From assembly GCA_964426555.1 (NCBI GenBank), contig CAYRQJ010000003.1:1229-65228 (forward strand): 64,000 nt of DNA, written 5' to 3'. This document shows, piece by piece, positions 1 through 10,194 of this stretch (its first letter is position 1; every line of letters starts with the position of its first letter). The notes under the pieces are model-generated. The model was not told the origin of the DNA. It did not search any database and worked only from the letters and a program-made list of their open reading frames with translations. A program made the translations under genes and the position numbers. The stretch comes from an uncultured Candidatus Saccharibacteria bacterium. GTDB taxonomy: Bacteria > Patescibacteriota > Minisyncoccia > Phycocordibacterales > UBA9973.

Positions 1-301
1 ATTTTCTAATTCTTTCTTTTTACTATTTTTTTCATCATTAGTACGAATAAATGACCTGGCCATACCAAAAAACCCATAAAATACTAATACCAAAAGAACA
101 AAAAATACAGTAGTCCGAACAGCTATTGGTCTTGTTTGGCTGTTTTTATAAAGCTGGCGTAAATCCCTTATCATGTGATATAGTATATAATATGTTTAGC
201 ACAAAAGCACGAAAAAGATTACGCGTATTTTTTAGTATTGCAGTAGTTTTAATTATTATCAGTATGGTACTACTTTATGTACCTTCACTTTATCAATAAA
301 T

Positions 302-541
302 ATGAAAAATATAACAATTTATAGCACACCAAGCTGTCATTTTTGCCACATGGCTAAAGAATACTTGACTGAAAAAAATATTCCTTATACAGACATTAAT
401 GTAGCCGAAGATGCAGAAAAAAGACAAGAAATGATAACTATGTCTGGGCAAATGGGTGTTCCAGTAATACGAATTGAAAATGATGTAATAGTTGGCTTTA
501 ATAAACCAATAATTGATGATTTATTAGGGCTTACTGCTTAA
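302..541 (+). CDS. glutaredoxin-like small redox protein (thioredoxin fold, CxxC)
   Basis: 79 aa. N-terminal 'YSTPSCHFCHMAKEYL' gives a CxxC (C-H-F-C) active site in a glutaredoxin/NrdH-like context; a strong intrinsic terminator follows directly. Confidence 0.6.
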   Translation: MKNITIYSTPSCHFCHMAKEYLTEKNIPYTDINVAEDAEKRQEMITMSGQMGVPVIRIENDVIVGFNKPIIDDLLGLTA

Positions 542-542
542 C

Positions 543-574
543 AAAAAAAACCGCATTAATGCGGTTTTTTGTTT
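543..574. terminator. rho-independent terminator (hairpin ACCGCATTAATGCGGT + T-run)
   Basis: Perfect 6-bp stem ccgcat/atgcgg flanked by an A-run and a T-run, so it works in both directions. It lies between the grx-like gene (+) and tRNA-Arg (-). Confidence 0.6.
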
Positions 575-576
575 TG

Positions 577-648
577 TGTCCCCAGTATGAATCGAACACG
601 CATCTTTCCCTTAGGACGGGACTGCTCTATCCATTGAGCTATGGGGAC
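577..648 (-). tRNA. tRNA-Arg (anticodon CCT)
   Basis: Reverse complement folds as a cloverleaf: acceptor gtcccca/tggggac, D-arm gctc..gagc, anticodon loop gTCCTAa, T-loop ttcgatt. One C-A mismatch in the T-stem. CCA not encoded. Resembles E. coli tRNA-Arg(CCU). Confidence 0.6.
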
Positions 649-676
649 AATTTATGCTAGGTCTTGCCTAGCATAT

Positions 677-2476
677 TTATTTCTCGTTTCTGATCATTTT
701 TAAGAATACATCGTGTGGAATATTTACTTTACCAGCTTCTTGCATTTTCTTTTTACCTTTCTTTTGTTTCTCCCACAGCTTCATACGGCGTGTAATGTCC
801 CCACCATACATATGCTGAGTCACGTCTTTACGAAACGCATTTATAGATTCTGCAGCAATAATACGCCCCATGGCTTTGGCTTGCATTTTAATATTTATTT
901 GTTGGCGTGGCATGTGTTCTTTTAATGTCTCTACTGCTTGACGCGCTTCTTCGTCTACTCGTCTTCTTGAAACTATGCGAGTAAATGCCGGCACTACATC
1001 GTTATTTATTAAAATATCCAGTCTTATTACATCAGCTTGTCGATATTCTGCAAATTCATAAGCAATAGATCCATAACCCGATGTAATACTTTTTAGTTTA
1101 TCAAAAAATCCTCGCATTAATTCACGCAGTGGCATTATCAAAGTTATTTCATTTCTTGATCCTCCAAAATTTACTGTGTCCAGTATTTCCCCTTCATGGT
1201 CATATAGTAATGGCATAATCGGTGAAATATATTCCGGAGGTACAATAATTCTTGTCATTACCCAAGGTTCTAAAACTTTGGTCACACTACCATCGTCTGG
1301 AAACATTGTCGGAGTATAAATAATTTCTTCCACGTCACTACCCTTGCGAATAATATTGTACGCAATACTAGGTAGTGTAATTATTAAATCCAAATCAAAT
1401 TCACGGTGTAATCTTTCTGTAAGAATTTCCATATGTAGCATCCCCAGGAATCCACTACGGAATCCCCGCCCTAATACCAACGATGTCTCTTCTTCAAAGG
1501 CAAATGCTGCGTCTTCTAAATGAAGCCTTTCCAGGGCTGTTTTTAGCCCCGTAAAGTCATCTTGGCTTTCAGGGTAGATACTAGCCCAAACCACAGGTTT
1601 AGGCTGTGTATAGCCCGGTAATGGACTACAGGGCTGCTTTAAATCTATAATAGTGTCTCCAACTGAAGCTATTCCGGGCTTTTTAATCCCAGTCACAATA
1701 TAGCCAATTTCTCCAGCCGAAATCTTGTCTTTTTTAATTTCTTTTGGTGATAATATCCCCACTTCTATTGGGTTAAATTTCTCTCCAGTTATAGCTAATG
1801 CTAAATTTGCATTACTACTAAAAGACCCCTGAGTAACTCGAATAAACACAACTATACCTTTGTGTTCAGAATATTTAAAATCAAAAACTAATGCTTGCGG
1901 TGGCAAATCTAATGCTGTTTTATCTGAATCAGCAACAGGAATTTTTTTCACAATTTCTTCTAAAAGCTCTGGCACGCCGTCTCCTGTTTTTCCAGAAACT
2001 GCCAACACATCGTCTGGGTCAATATCCAGTAATTCAGCCATTTCAATTCTAATATCATCAGGCCGTGCTAATGGCGAATCAGTCTTTGTCATTACAGGGA
2101 TAATAACTCGTTTTAAATTCTTTGCCATTTCCAACGTAGTCAATGTTTGTGCTTGTACACCCTGAGTTGAATCAACTAACAATAAACATCCTTCTACTGC
2201 TTGCAATGCGCGAGAAACTTCATAAGAAAAATCAATATGTCCCGGAGTATCAATAAGATTTAAAACATACTGCTTGCCATCCCGCGCAGTATAGTTCATT
2301 CTTACTGGCTGCATTTTAATTGTAATACCACGTTCACGTTCCAGCTCCATGGAATCCAATACTTGGTCTTTCATTTCACGAGCTGTAATAGTTCCGGTAC
2401 GCTCAAGTAGCCTGTCGGCTAATGTCGATTTTCCATGGTCAATGTGGGCAATAATACTAAAATTCCTTATATTCAT
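677..2476 (-). CDS. lepA: translation elongation factor 4 (LepA)
   Basis: 599 aa. N-terminal GTPase motifs 'NFSIIAHIDHGKSTLADRLL', 'DTPGHIDF' and 'TKTD', with a length and C-terminal domain typical of LepA/EF4. Confidence 0.9.
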   Translation of the reverse strand: MNIRNFSIIAHIDHGKSTLADRLLERTGTITAREMKDQVLDSMELERERGITIKMQPVRMNYTARDGKQYVLNLIDTPGHIDFSYEVSRALQAVEGCLLLVDSTQGVQAQTLTTLEMAKNLKRVIIPVMTKTDSPLARPDDIRIEMAELLDIDPDDVLAVSGKTGDGVPELLEEIVKKIPVADSDKTALDLPPQALVFDFKYSEHKGIVVFIRVTQGSFSSNANLALAITGEKFNPIEVGILSPKEIKKDKISAGEIGYIVTGIKKPGIASVGDTIIDLKQPCSPLPGYTQPKPVVWASIYPESQDDFTGLKTALERLHLEDAAFAFEEETSLVLGRGFRSGFLGMLHMEILTERLHREFDLDLIITLPSIAYNIIRKGSDVEEIIYTPTMFPDDGSVTKVLEPWVMTRIIVPPEYISPIMPLLYDHEGEILDTVNFGGSRNEITLIMPLRELMRGFFDKLKSITSGYGSIAYEFAEYRQADVIRLDILINNDVVPAFTRIVSRRRVDEEARQAVETLKEHMPRQQINIKMQAKAMGRIIAAESINAFRKDVTQHMYGGDITRRMKLWEKQKKGKKKMQEAGKVNIPHDVFLKMIRNEK

Positions 2477-2490
2477 AGATATAATTTACT

Positions 2491-4089
2491 TTAGCTTCTC
2501 TTTGGTAAAAGTGCAAGCACTATGCGCCAAAATACATTTTTAAAATAAATAGCACTATTATTTAATTTTGAATTTGAACTTTTTAAATATATATAATATA
2601 TAAATAATATATAAATCCAAAATACTACAAAATATAATCCATACATTACATATACATTATTAAAATTATTATAAATAAAATTCATTAAAATTTTAGATAA
2701 CTTTACAGAAACAATAATCGTAAATAACCCGTATACCATAAACAACCATTCAGTTTTTATTGTTTTTTTGTATTTTATATTATAAATCAATAATCCTAAA
2801 AACATACTTAGAAACTGTGCCGCAGAATAAGCAATAGGGATAGCTAAAATTGCCCATTCTTTTGTGTTTGTATATTTATACAAGAAAAAAGAAAAAACAT
2901 AGGTAGTTAATGCTGATATAAAATTTGTAAATAAAGGTAGAAAATAATCACCCATAGCATATGCAGCTCTGGACATTAATAGAATCGTATTTTGAGCAAT
3001 TAAAGATATTGAGAAAATAAATAATGCTAACCCAGTATATACAACATCGTATATATTAAAATTACCACTACCAAAAAGGAAGTATATTATTTCATAATGA
3101 AACAAATAAAGAAAACCCGTTAATAACAATGAGATAATATAAATATTTCTAAAATTATAATTTAATATGCCCGTAAAATTCTCAATGTTTCCTTCGGTGT
3201 ATTCTTTTGCAAGCAAAGGTAATATAGTTGTAGCGTAAGATACTCCTGTTAATGTATGAAATACTGTTTGAATAGAAAACGCAATAGCAATAATAGTAAT
3301 ACTGCCTGCTGGATAAAGTGAAGCAAAGTAAGTGATCAAAAAAAATGTTACCGCAGATAAAGACAATGAAATAGTTCTCATTATAGACTTGGATAGCATT
3401 TCTCGAAGAATTGAAAAAGAAAATGATTTTAATAAAAATTTACCATAACCCAAAAATAAATTAGATTTTCTAATTTCTGGTAATTGAATACACAAATGCA
3501 TTATTGACCCCAAAACTACACCAATACATACACCCGTGATACCTAAAAATGGACGCAGCATAACAATTCCCAGTATAGTTCCCAGATTATACAACACTGG
3601 GGCTAACCCAACATGAATAAAATCTCTTTTGACTTGTGCAACACTGGAAATAATGGATGACATCGACAAGAATAACGTTGAAATCAACAAAATAGAACCA
3701 TATAGTATAATGTCGCGCTGAAAATCAATACTTGAATGTTTATATAAATTTGAAATTATTTTTGGTAAAAAAATTATTATAATTCCATATATAAATATAA
3801 AAAACAATAAAAAAGTAGTGAACAATTTTTGAAACCATATTCTTATATCATCTTCATATAATTTTTTTGAAAAATACGGAACCAATATTGCGCTACTTAC
3901 AAAAGAACCAACTGACAGATAAATAAATTCTGGAACTCTAAAAGCAGCATAATACGAGTCCAAAACAAATCCTGCCCCATAAATATGAGACAGGATTTTA
4001 TCACGAAGAAATCCCAGTAATTGTGAAATAAACGAGCTAATAGCAATAAAAAGAGTACTGTTACCAAGTATTGCTAATCTTCGTTTCAT
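2491..4089 (-). CDS. murJ: lipid II flippase MurJ (MviN family), polytopic membrane protein
   Basis: 532 aa with ~14 predicted TM helices. N-terminal 'LGFLRDKILSHIYGAGFVLDSYYAAFRVPEFIY' matches the conserved MurJ/MviN N-terminal motif. Confidence 0.65.
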   Translation of the reverse strand: MKRRLAILGNSTLFIAISSFISQLLGFLRDKILSHIYGAGFVLDSYYAAFRVPEFIYLSVGSFVSSAILVPYFSKKLYEDDIRIWFQKLFTTFLLFFIFIYGIIIIFLPKIISNLYKHSSIDFQRDIILYGSILLISTLFLSMSSIISSVAQVKRDFIHVGLAPVLYNLGTILGIVMLRPFLGITGVCIGVVLGSIMHLCIQLPEIRKSNLFLGYGKFLLKSFSFSILREMLSKSIMRTISLSLSAVTFFLITYFASLYPAGSITIIAIAFSIQTVFHTLTGVSYATTILPLLAKEYTEGNIENFTGILNYNFRNIYIISLLLTGFLYLFHYEIIYFLFGSGNFNIYDVVYTGLALFIFSISLIAQNTILLMSRAAYAMGDYFLPLFTNFISALTTYVFSFFLYKYTNTKEWAILAIPIAYSAAQFLSMFLGLLIYNIKYKKTIKTEWLFMVYGLFTIIVSVKLSKILMNFIYNNFNNVYVMYGLYFVVFWIYILFIYYIYLKSSNSKLNNSAIYFKNVFWRIVLALLPKRS

Positions 4090-4091
4090 AA

Positions 4092-6485
4092 CTATTGTTG
4101 AACTTTGTCTGTTTTTTTAGTATCACCTTCTTTTTCGTCTTTTGGTGTTTCTTCAATTTTTTGGTTAGTTAAACTGCCACCTGCACTAAATGTAGCAATT
4201 AATTCATCAACTTTAGTTGTATCGTTTATATATTTTTTTACTGTTTCTAGTGTTCTAATTACTGAATCTCTGTCTCCCAGTTTTTCATAAGTTAAAGCTA
4301 AAGATGAATATGCGTCAATATAGTTAGGAGAAATAGATACTGCTTTTTCAAACATTCTAGCAGCAGAACTATAATCTTGTTTAGAAAAATAAAGTAATCC
4401 TTTTTGATAAGGCAAACTAGCACTACTTGGGTTATAAGTCATAGCTTTATCTATTTGACGATAAGCAGCATCAGTATCACCATTAACCAAATCAATTTGA
4501 GCTAATAATAAATAAGAATCTGAAATTGCTGGATTTATATTTATAATTTGGTTTATGTATTCTTTTGCTAAATCATAATCTTTTGCATTTACAGCAATTT
4601 GAGCTTTTTTGTAAATAAGCGTCATATTGTTTGGACTATATTCTAAACCTTTATCAATTATTGTAATTGCATCTTTGTATGTAGATTTATCTCCAAAATT
4701 TAACACCATTTCATTTACAGCACTTAGTGCCATATAGTTTTGGTAATTCTGGGGGTTATAAGCTATAGAAATCTTTGCACTATCTGCTGCAGATTTTATT
4801 CTGTTTTGCACTAATGTAGTTAATTTTTCTTGAGATATTGTTTTGTCATTCAAAGCATAATTTATAGCTAGTAAATTAATGTTTGATAAAGATCTGGCAT
4901 AAATATCAAGCGGATTAATACTGATAGCTTTTTGTATATAATATTCAGCTTGGGCCAAACCTTGTTCGTTTAATTGTTCAAGTGATGCTTTATTTACTAA
5001 ATATCCAGAATATATTGATCCAAAGATACTTAAAAATCCAAGAGCTACAGCCACCATCATTACAATAACACCTAATATTCCAAAAAAACTATGTCGTGGA
5101 TCATTTATAAATACAAATAATTTTGGACTTTTTTCTTTTATAGTATTGATATATGAAATAAACATTCCCCACAATGCAACACTGCTAATAAATAAAGCAT
5201 TGTTTGGGTTATCAAATAAAAACAAAACAAAAGTATAAGCAACCAATGCAGCGTATATTGTTAATTCTCTTGATTTTGATTTATTTACAAAATCAAAATT
5301 AAATATTGAAAAATATTTTAAAATAAATAAAATTACAAAATAAATTAATAGTAGTGAGCCAACAGCACCAATAGTAGTAATCAATGTGAAGAATAAACCA
5401 ATTGATTTATTAAACGAAGCATTCCAGTATTGTGTTTTAAAAAACTGACCACCAGATAATTTGTATTTACCAGATTCCCATGTTTGGTTATAACGATTTG
5501 GCCCAATTGATGTTACAGGATTATGCCAATAAGAATTTTTTATTATTTTAATAGAAGAAACCAAAGTTGGTCTTGGTTCACTATTTGTAAAATAAAATGG
5601 TTTTCCAGAAACAAGTTTTGCAATATTTCTAGCTCCAACAATTGCAACAAAAGAACAAATTAAAATAATAAATGCAAATTTTGAAAAACTACGTTTAATA
5701 GTTTGGTTTTCTGACCCATCAATTGTATTTTTGTCTATATTTTGAGTTGGCATTAATTTATATATAAACAACGACAAACCAACCATTCCTAAGATAAACC
5801 AAACAAATGTATAATTAAATATAAACAAATAAAATAAAGACAAGCCCATAAACACTAAAGACCATATCTTCATTGGTTTGTTCCAAAAATTCTTTTCAAG
5901 TGTAATGGTAATTAAAATAACAAATCCAGCAAGAAATATTGCCATGTCATTGTATGTTCCAATTAAATTAGAGTTAGTTAATGATATAAAAAATTTTGGG
6001 AATTTAGCTACATATGGAACAAAAATATTGATTGTAGAAAAAACCAAAGCAATAATACCAGTAAGATAGATAGTTTTTATTATTTTAGATATAAAATTAT
6101 AACCTTGACCCCAAAGAGAAATTAGAAATAAATAAATAAAAGCTATAGCAAGTGAAGCAACAGTTCCAAAATCAAAACCTGTTCCAAGTATGGAATTAGT
6201 TTTGTTAGGTAAAAAAAATGTTATAGCAGCAGTAGCTACAATACTTAAAAGAAGAACATAAATTAATCTTCCTCGTGGAAAAGCAAATCGTCCAACTGTA
6301 ATTGCATCCAAAAGCCATAATATTGTACCTAAAAAGGCTGCAGTGGTTAAAATAATACCTTTTGAAGCTATCATACCTAATGGTAAAAAAGGTATAAACA
6401 AAACTAAAGATATACCCAACGCCCAAAGCATTATTTGTAATCCTAATTTAGACATTTTTGTTAGAGCAAAACTATTTGTATCCAT
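4092..6485 (-). CDS. polytopic membrane protein (O-antigen ligase/Wzy-like N-terminal domain) fused to C-terminal TPR repeats
   Basis: 797 aa. About 12 hydrophobic helices in the first ~480 aa; the C-terminal ~300 aa has repeated TPR-like 34-aa units ('AEYYIQKAISINP', 'AITIIDKGLEYSPNN', 'AKEYINQIININP', 'AYRQIDKAMTYNP', 'AARMFEKAVSISPNY'). Confidence 0.55.
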   Translation of the reverse strand: MDTNSFALTKMSKLGLQIMLWALGISLVLFIPFLPLGMIASKGIILTTAAFLGTILWLLDAITVGRFAFPRGRLIYVLLLSIVATAAITFFLPNKTNSILGTGFDFGTVASLAIAFIYLFLISLWGQGYNFISKIIKTIYLTGIIALVFSTINIFVPYVAKFPKFFISLTNSNLIGTYNDMAIFLAGFVILITITLEKNFWNKPMKIWSLVFMGLSLFYLFIFNYTFVWFILGMVGLSLFIYKLMPTQNIDKNTIDGSENQTIKRSFSKFAFIILICSFVAIVGARNIAKLVSGKPFYFTNSEPRPTLVSSIKIIKNSYWHNPVTSIGPNRYNQTWESGKYKLSGGQFFKTQYWNASFNKSIGLFFTLITTIGAVGSLLLIYFVILFILKYFSIFNFDFVNKSKSRELTIYAALVAYTFVLFLFDNPNNALFISSVALWGMFISYINTIKEKSPKLFVFINDPRHSFFGILGVIVMMVAVALGFLSIFGSIYSGYLVNKASLEQLNEQGLAQAEYYIQKAISINPLDIYARSLSNINLLAINYALNDKTISQEKLTTLVQNRIKSAADSAKISIAYNPQNYQNYMALSAVNEMVLNFGDKSTYKDAITIIDKGLEYSPNNMTLIYKKAQIAVNAKDYDLAKEYINQIININPAISDSYLLLAQIDLVNGDTDAAYRQIDKAMTYNPSSASLPYQKGLLYFSKQDYSSAARMFEKAVSISPNYIDAYSSLALTYEKLGDRDSVIRTLETVKKYINDTTKVDELIATFSAGGSLTNQKIEETPKDEKEGDTKKTDKVQQ

Positions 6486-6548
6486 ATTTTATTATTTATT
6501 ATTAACTAACAAAGTATAACATAACGGGTATTAAATTTGTATTTAATT

Positions 6549-9137
6549 TTAAGACTTGACAACAAAGTTAATTAATTTTCCAGAAACATATATTGTTCTT
6601 ACTATTTCACCACTTTCAAGATAATGTTTTAATTTAGGGTCCATCATTATATGGCCCACTACTGTTTCTTGGTTACTTTCCGGAGGAACCAATATTTGCC
6701 CACGTAGTTTGCCATTTACCTGCATTACAATATTTATCATCTCCTTTCGTTCTTTTAGTTTTTTTACTTTTGGCCAAGAAATATTGTGTACTGATTTATT
6801 GCTACCAAAAATTTCAAATATCTCATCTGTAACGTATGGAGCAAATGGAGCTAGTATTTTTATAAATTCAATAAAATCTTCATTTGATATTTCAAAATTT
6901 TCTTTCTCTAAAATACCCATAAATATCATCATTCCCGATATTGCGGTATTAAATTTAAATTCATTTATATCGTTAGTGACTTTATTTACAGTGTCATTTA
7001 ATGCGTATAAAATATTTTCATTTGTTTTATGTTTATTTGTTAAAACATGTTGAGAGCCACGCCAAACACGTTCAATAAATCTACGAGACCCCATTATTCC
7101 TTGTTCATTCCATGGAAGATGCGAATCAAATGGTCCAAGAAACATTTCAAATACTCGTAATGTATCTGCCCCAAATGTTTTAATAACATCATCAGGATTT
7201 ATTACATTACCCCATCTTTTGCTCATTTTTCTACCATCTGCTCCACCAATCATACCTTGGTGTCTTAGTGCACGAAACGGTTCATCTGATTTTACAAAAC
7301 CTAAATCATGCATAACTTTATGCCAAAAACGTGCATATAGTAAATGCCCAGTGTTGTGCTCGGTACCACCTACATACATATCTACTCCACCATTTTTACC
7401 AAAGAAGTAATCTAAATTTTCATTACTTGCCATGGCTTTTTTATTTTGGGGATCAGTATAACGCATAAAATACCAACTTGACCCTGCCCAGCCAGGCATA
7501 GTGTTGGTCTCGTATCCTGCCTTTACCCAATCCGGTGAATTTACTAGTGGACTTTGACCATTACCCGATGGCTTAAATGATTTCAAATTTGGAAGTACTA
7601 ATGGTAATTTCTTTACTTCATGGATCACTCCATCAATACCCCGATATAGTGGAATAGGTTCACCCCAGTAACGTTGCCGGGCAAATATTGCATCACGCAT
7701 TTTGTATTTAGTAACTATTTTACCATTAACTTTTTTTGTAATTTCTTGTTTTGCCTCTTGTGAAGTTAAACCATTAAAACTAGAAGACTCCAATAATATT
7801 CCATACCCAGTATATAAATCATCTTCTGATTTAATAACTTTTTTAATAGGTAATTTATATTTATTTGCAAATTCAAAGTCGCGCTCGTCGTGTGCAGGTA
7901 CAGCCATAACAGCACCTGTTCCATAACTAGCTATTACATAGTCCGCTACCCATACAGGCACAACTTCATTATTAGCAGGATTTATTGCATACACTCCTTT
8001 TATTTCTATTCCAGTTTTTTCTTTATTATTTTGTCTTTCTTCTTCTGTTTTATTTTTTGTTTTTTCAATATAATTTTCTATTTCTTTTTTATTTACAGAT
8101 TTATTAATTAAAGATAAAACCAAATCATGTTCGGGGGCAATCACAACATAAGTAACCCCAAACAATGTATCAGCGCGTGTTGTAAAAACTTTTATTACAT
8201 CATTTGAATCTTTTATTTTAAAATCTATCTCACTACCCACGCTTTTACCTATCCAATTTCTTTGAGTTTCTTTTGTGGAATCAAGAAAATCTACATGATT
8301 TAGACCATCCAGTAGCCTGTCTCCATATGCACTAATTCGCATAAACCACTGGCGCATAGATTTCTTTGTAACAGGGTGTTCTCCGCGCTCAGACACTGGC
8401 CCAGTAGGTGTATCAATTATTTCGTCATTTGCTAGTACTGTACCCAATTCTTCACACCAATTTACTAACGCATTACCCTCGTACGCTAAACGGTAATTCA
8501 TTAAAATATTTTGTTTTTCAATTTTTGAAAAAGTTTTCCATTCTTTATTAGAAAATTCGGCTACATCACCATGCCAAGTAGTTTCATTTATAAATTTACT
8601 TCCAGATTTTTCAAAAACTTTAATTAGTTCGTCTATATGAATAGCTTTTTGTTTTTTTGTATCAAAATAACTATTATAAATCTTTAAAAATATTTCTTGA
8701 GTAAATTTATAATATTCGGGGCTGTGTGTTGTAACCATTCTGTCCCAGTCATAAGAAAAACCAATTATGGAAAGTTGTTTTTTATACTGCTGCACTAATT
8801 TATCAGTAAAAGGCCCTGGGTGCTTACCGGTTTTTATTGCGTATTGTTCAGCCGGTAAACCAAATGAATCAAAACCCATTGGATGCAGTACATTATAGCC
8901 TTGCATGCGCTTCATGCGTGCTAATACATCACTACCAATATAACCTCGTGGGTGACCCACATGTAATCCTGCTCCTGATGGATACGGAAACATATCTAAA
9001 ACATAATAAGGTTTTAAACCTTTTTTAATGGCAATTTTTGCATCTAATGTTTTATAAACATTATCTTTTTGCCATTTTGCCATCCATTTTTTTTCAATTT
9101 TTATATGATTATATTCTTCTACTTTTTTAACTTTCAT
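6549..9137 (-). CDS. leuS: leucyl-tRNA synthetase
   Basis: 862 aa. HIGH-type motif 'HVGHPRGYIGSDVLARMKRMQGYNVLHPMGFDSFGLPAE', 'KMSKRWGNV' (KMSKS) and a CP1 editing-domain insertion. Confidence 0.9.
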   Translation of the reverse strand: MKVKKVEEYNHIKIEKKWMAKWQKDNVYKTLDAKIAIKKGLKPYYVLDMFPYPSGAGLHVGHPRGYIGSDVLARMKRMQGYNVLHPMGFDSFGLPAEQYAIKTGKHPGPFTDKLVQQYKKQLSIIGFSYDWDRMVTTHSPEYYKFTQEIFLKIYNSYFDTKKQKAIHIDELIKVFEKSGSKFINETTWHGDVAEFSNKEWKTFSKIEKQNILMNYRLAYEGNALVNWCEELGTVLANDEIIDTPTGPVSERGEHPVTKKSMRQWFMRISAYGDRLLDGLNHVDFLDSTKETQRNWIGKSVGSEIDFKIKDSNDVIKVFTTRADTLFGVTYVVIAPEHDLVLSLINKSVNKKEIENYIEKTKNKTEEERQNNKEKTGIEIKGVYAINPANNEVVPVWVADYVIASYGTGAVMAVPAHDERDFEFANKYKLPIKKVIKSEDDLYTGYGILLESSSFNGLTSQEAKQEITKKVNGKIVTKYKMRDAIFARQRYWGEPIPLYRGIDGVIHEVKKLPLVLPNLKSFKPSGNGQSPLVNSPDWVKAGYETNTMPGWAGSSWYFMRYTDPQNKKAMASNENLDYFFGKNGGVDMYVGGTEHNTGHLLYARFWHKVMHDLGFVKSDEPFRALRHQGMIGGADGRKMSKRWGNVINPDDVIKTFGADTLRVFEMFLGPFDSHLPWNEQGIMGSRRFIERVWRGSQHVLTNKHKTNENILYALNDTVNKVTNDINEFKFNTAISGMMIFMGILEKENFEISNEDFIEFIKILAPFAPYVTDEIFEIFGSNKSVHNISWPKVKKLKERKEMINIVMQVNGKLRGQILVPPESNQETVVGHIMMDPKLKHYLESGEIVRTIYVSGKLINFVVKS

Positions 9138-9140
9138 AAA

Positions 9141-10151
9141 TTAATTTTTAGAGTTGGGTGGAAATTGAACTGGATCAATTTTTTTATCAAAACATGTGTA
9201 CCCTGATTTATGATTAATAAAGCCACTGTCTGATATCATGGAATTATAATTTGGAGTAATATTAGAACTTGTATTATCAGTACTAAATGTTGCACAAATT
9301 TTATAACTAGTATCAACTAAATAAATGTACTCAATTTTATTGTTTGAAGTAATATCAGGATCGAGATATCTATTAGTTTGAGAATAATATTGATTTGCGG
9401 TAATTAAATCATTAATATTTTTAGGTATGAAACCATGTGTCTGCCAATAATCCAACACATCTCTATTCATATTGTCTAATATAGTGACTCTTTGTTCGTC
9501 GAATTGCAATTTGCGTGTATTTTGTGGACTACCAAAAACAAAGAAAGTGCATACAATAGCAGATATAACAATTAAGAAAGAAGCAACTGCAAAAATTTTG
9601 ATAGTATTTGATTTTTCTGCAACATTTCTTCTTAAATCTGTTACATAATAACCACCCACGACTCCACTAACCAATAAAATACAAAGAACCTTAACAATAA
9701 ATCTAGTTGTAATTTCTCCTCTTAAAAAATATTGCAGCAATACAATTAAATCTGTAACTACCATTATACAAGCCAGAAAAATTGTAAGATATATTACGAA
9801 TTTTCTAAAACGTAACGATGCTCTTTCTGGATTCTTTTTTAATTGTTTATTTGTATAATAAGTTAGTAAAATAAAAATAGGAAAAGAAATAATAATAATA
9901 GACAAAGGAGTGCTAAGCGATGTAAGTCCATTAGAACTACTATTATATGAAGAATAATAACTAATTCCATCTAGTGCGTCAGGCAATGCTTTATTTAATA
10001 CACGGAAAATCATGTTTAGGAATGCAGAAACAGTAGAATATAAAGTAATTATTATTCCAAACCAAAGAAAAAATTCTTGATTACTTAATTTAGGTCTTTC
10101 AATGGTAACCGGAAATGGTTGTGGTATGGGTACGTTATTATAATTATCCAT
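9141..10151 (-). CDS. hypothetical membrane protein (start moved to internal Met 'MDNYNNV')
   Basis: Hydrophobic segments throughout and no recognisable family. The 368-aa ORF would overlap the convergent DUF1003 gene by 53 nt, so the internal ATG at 10149-10151 is preferred. Confidence 0.35.
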   Translation of the reverse strand: MDNYNNVPIPQPFPVTIERPKLSNQEFFLWFGIIITLYSTVSAFLNMIFRVLNKALPDALDGISYYSSYNSSSNGLTSLSTPLSIIIISFPIFILLTYYTNKQLKKNPERASLRFRKFVIYLTIFLACIMVVTDLIVLLQYFLRGEITTRFIVKVLCILLVSGVVGGYYVTDLRRNVAEKSNTIKIFAVASFLIVISAIVCTFFVFGSPQNTRKLQFDEQRVTILDNMNRDVLDYWQTHGFIPKNINDLITANQYYSQTNRYLDPDITSNNKIEYIYLVDTSYKICATFSTDNTSSNITPNYNSMISDSGFINHKSGYTCFDKKIDPVQFPPNSKN

Positions 10152-10194
10152 AAATATTTTTGCATTACTTGTATTTATTAAGTATACTAAAGCT

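Noticed and set aside
713-2165. Plus-strand ORFs 713..925, 1860..2165 and 2349..2543 inside or overlapping lepA
   Set aside because: They are antisense to a strongly supported lepA CDS, with low-complexity translations. The same holds for the other short antisense ORFs listed in the track within leuS, murJ, clpB, topA and others.
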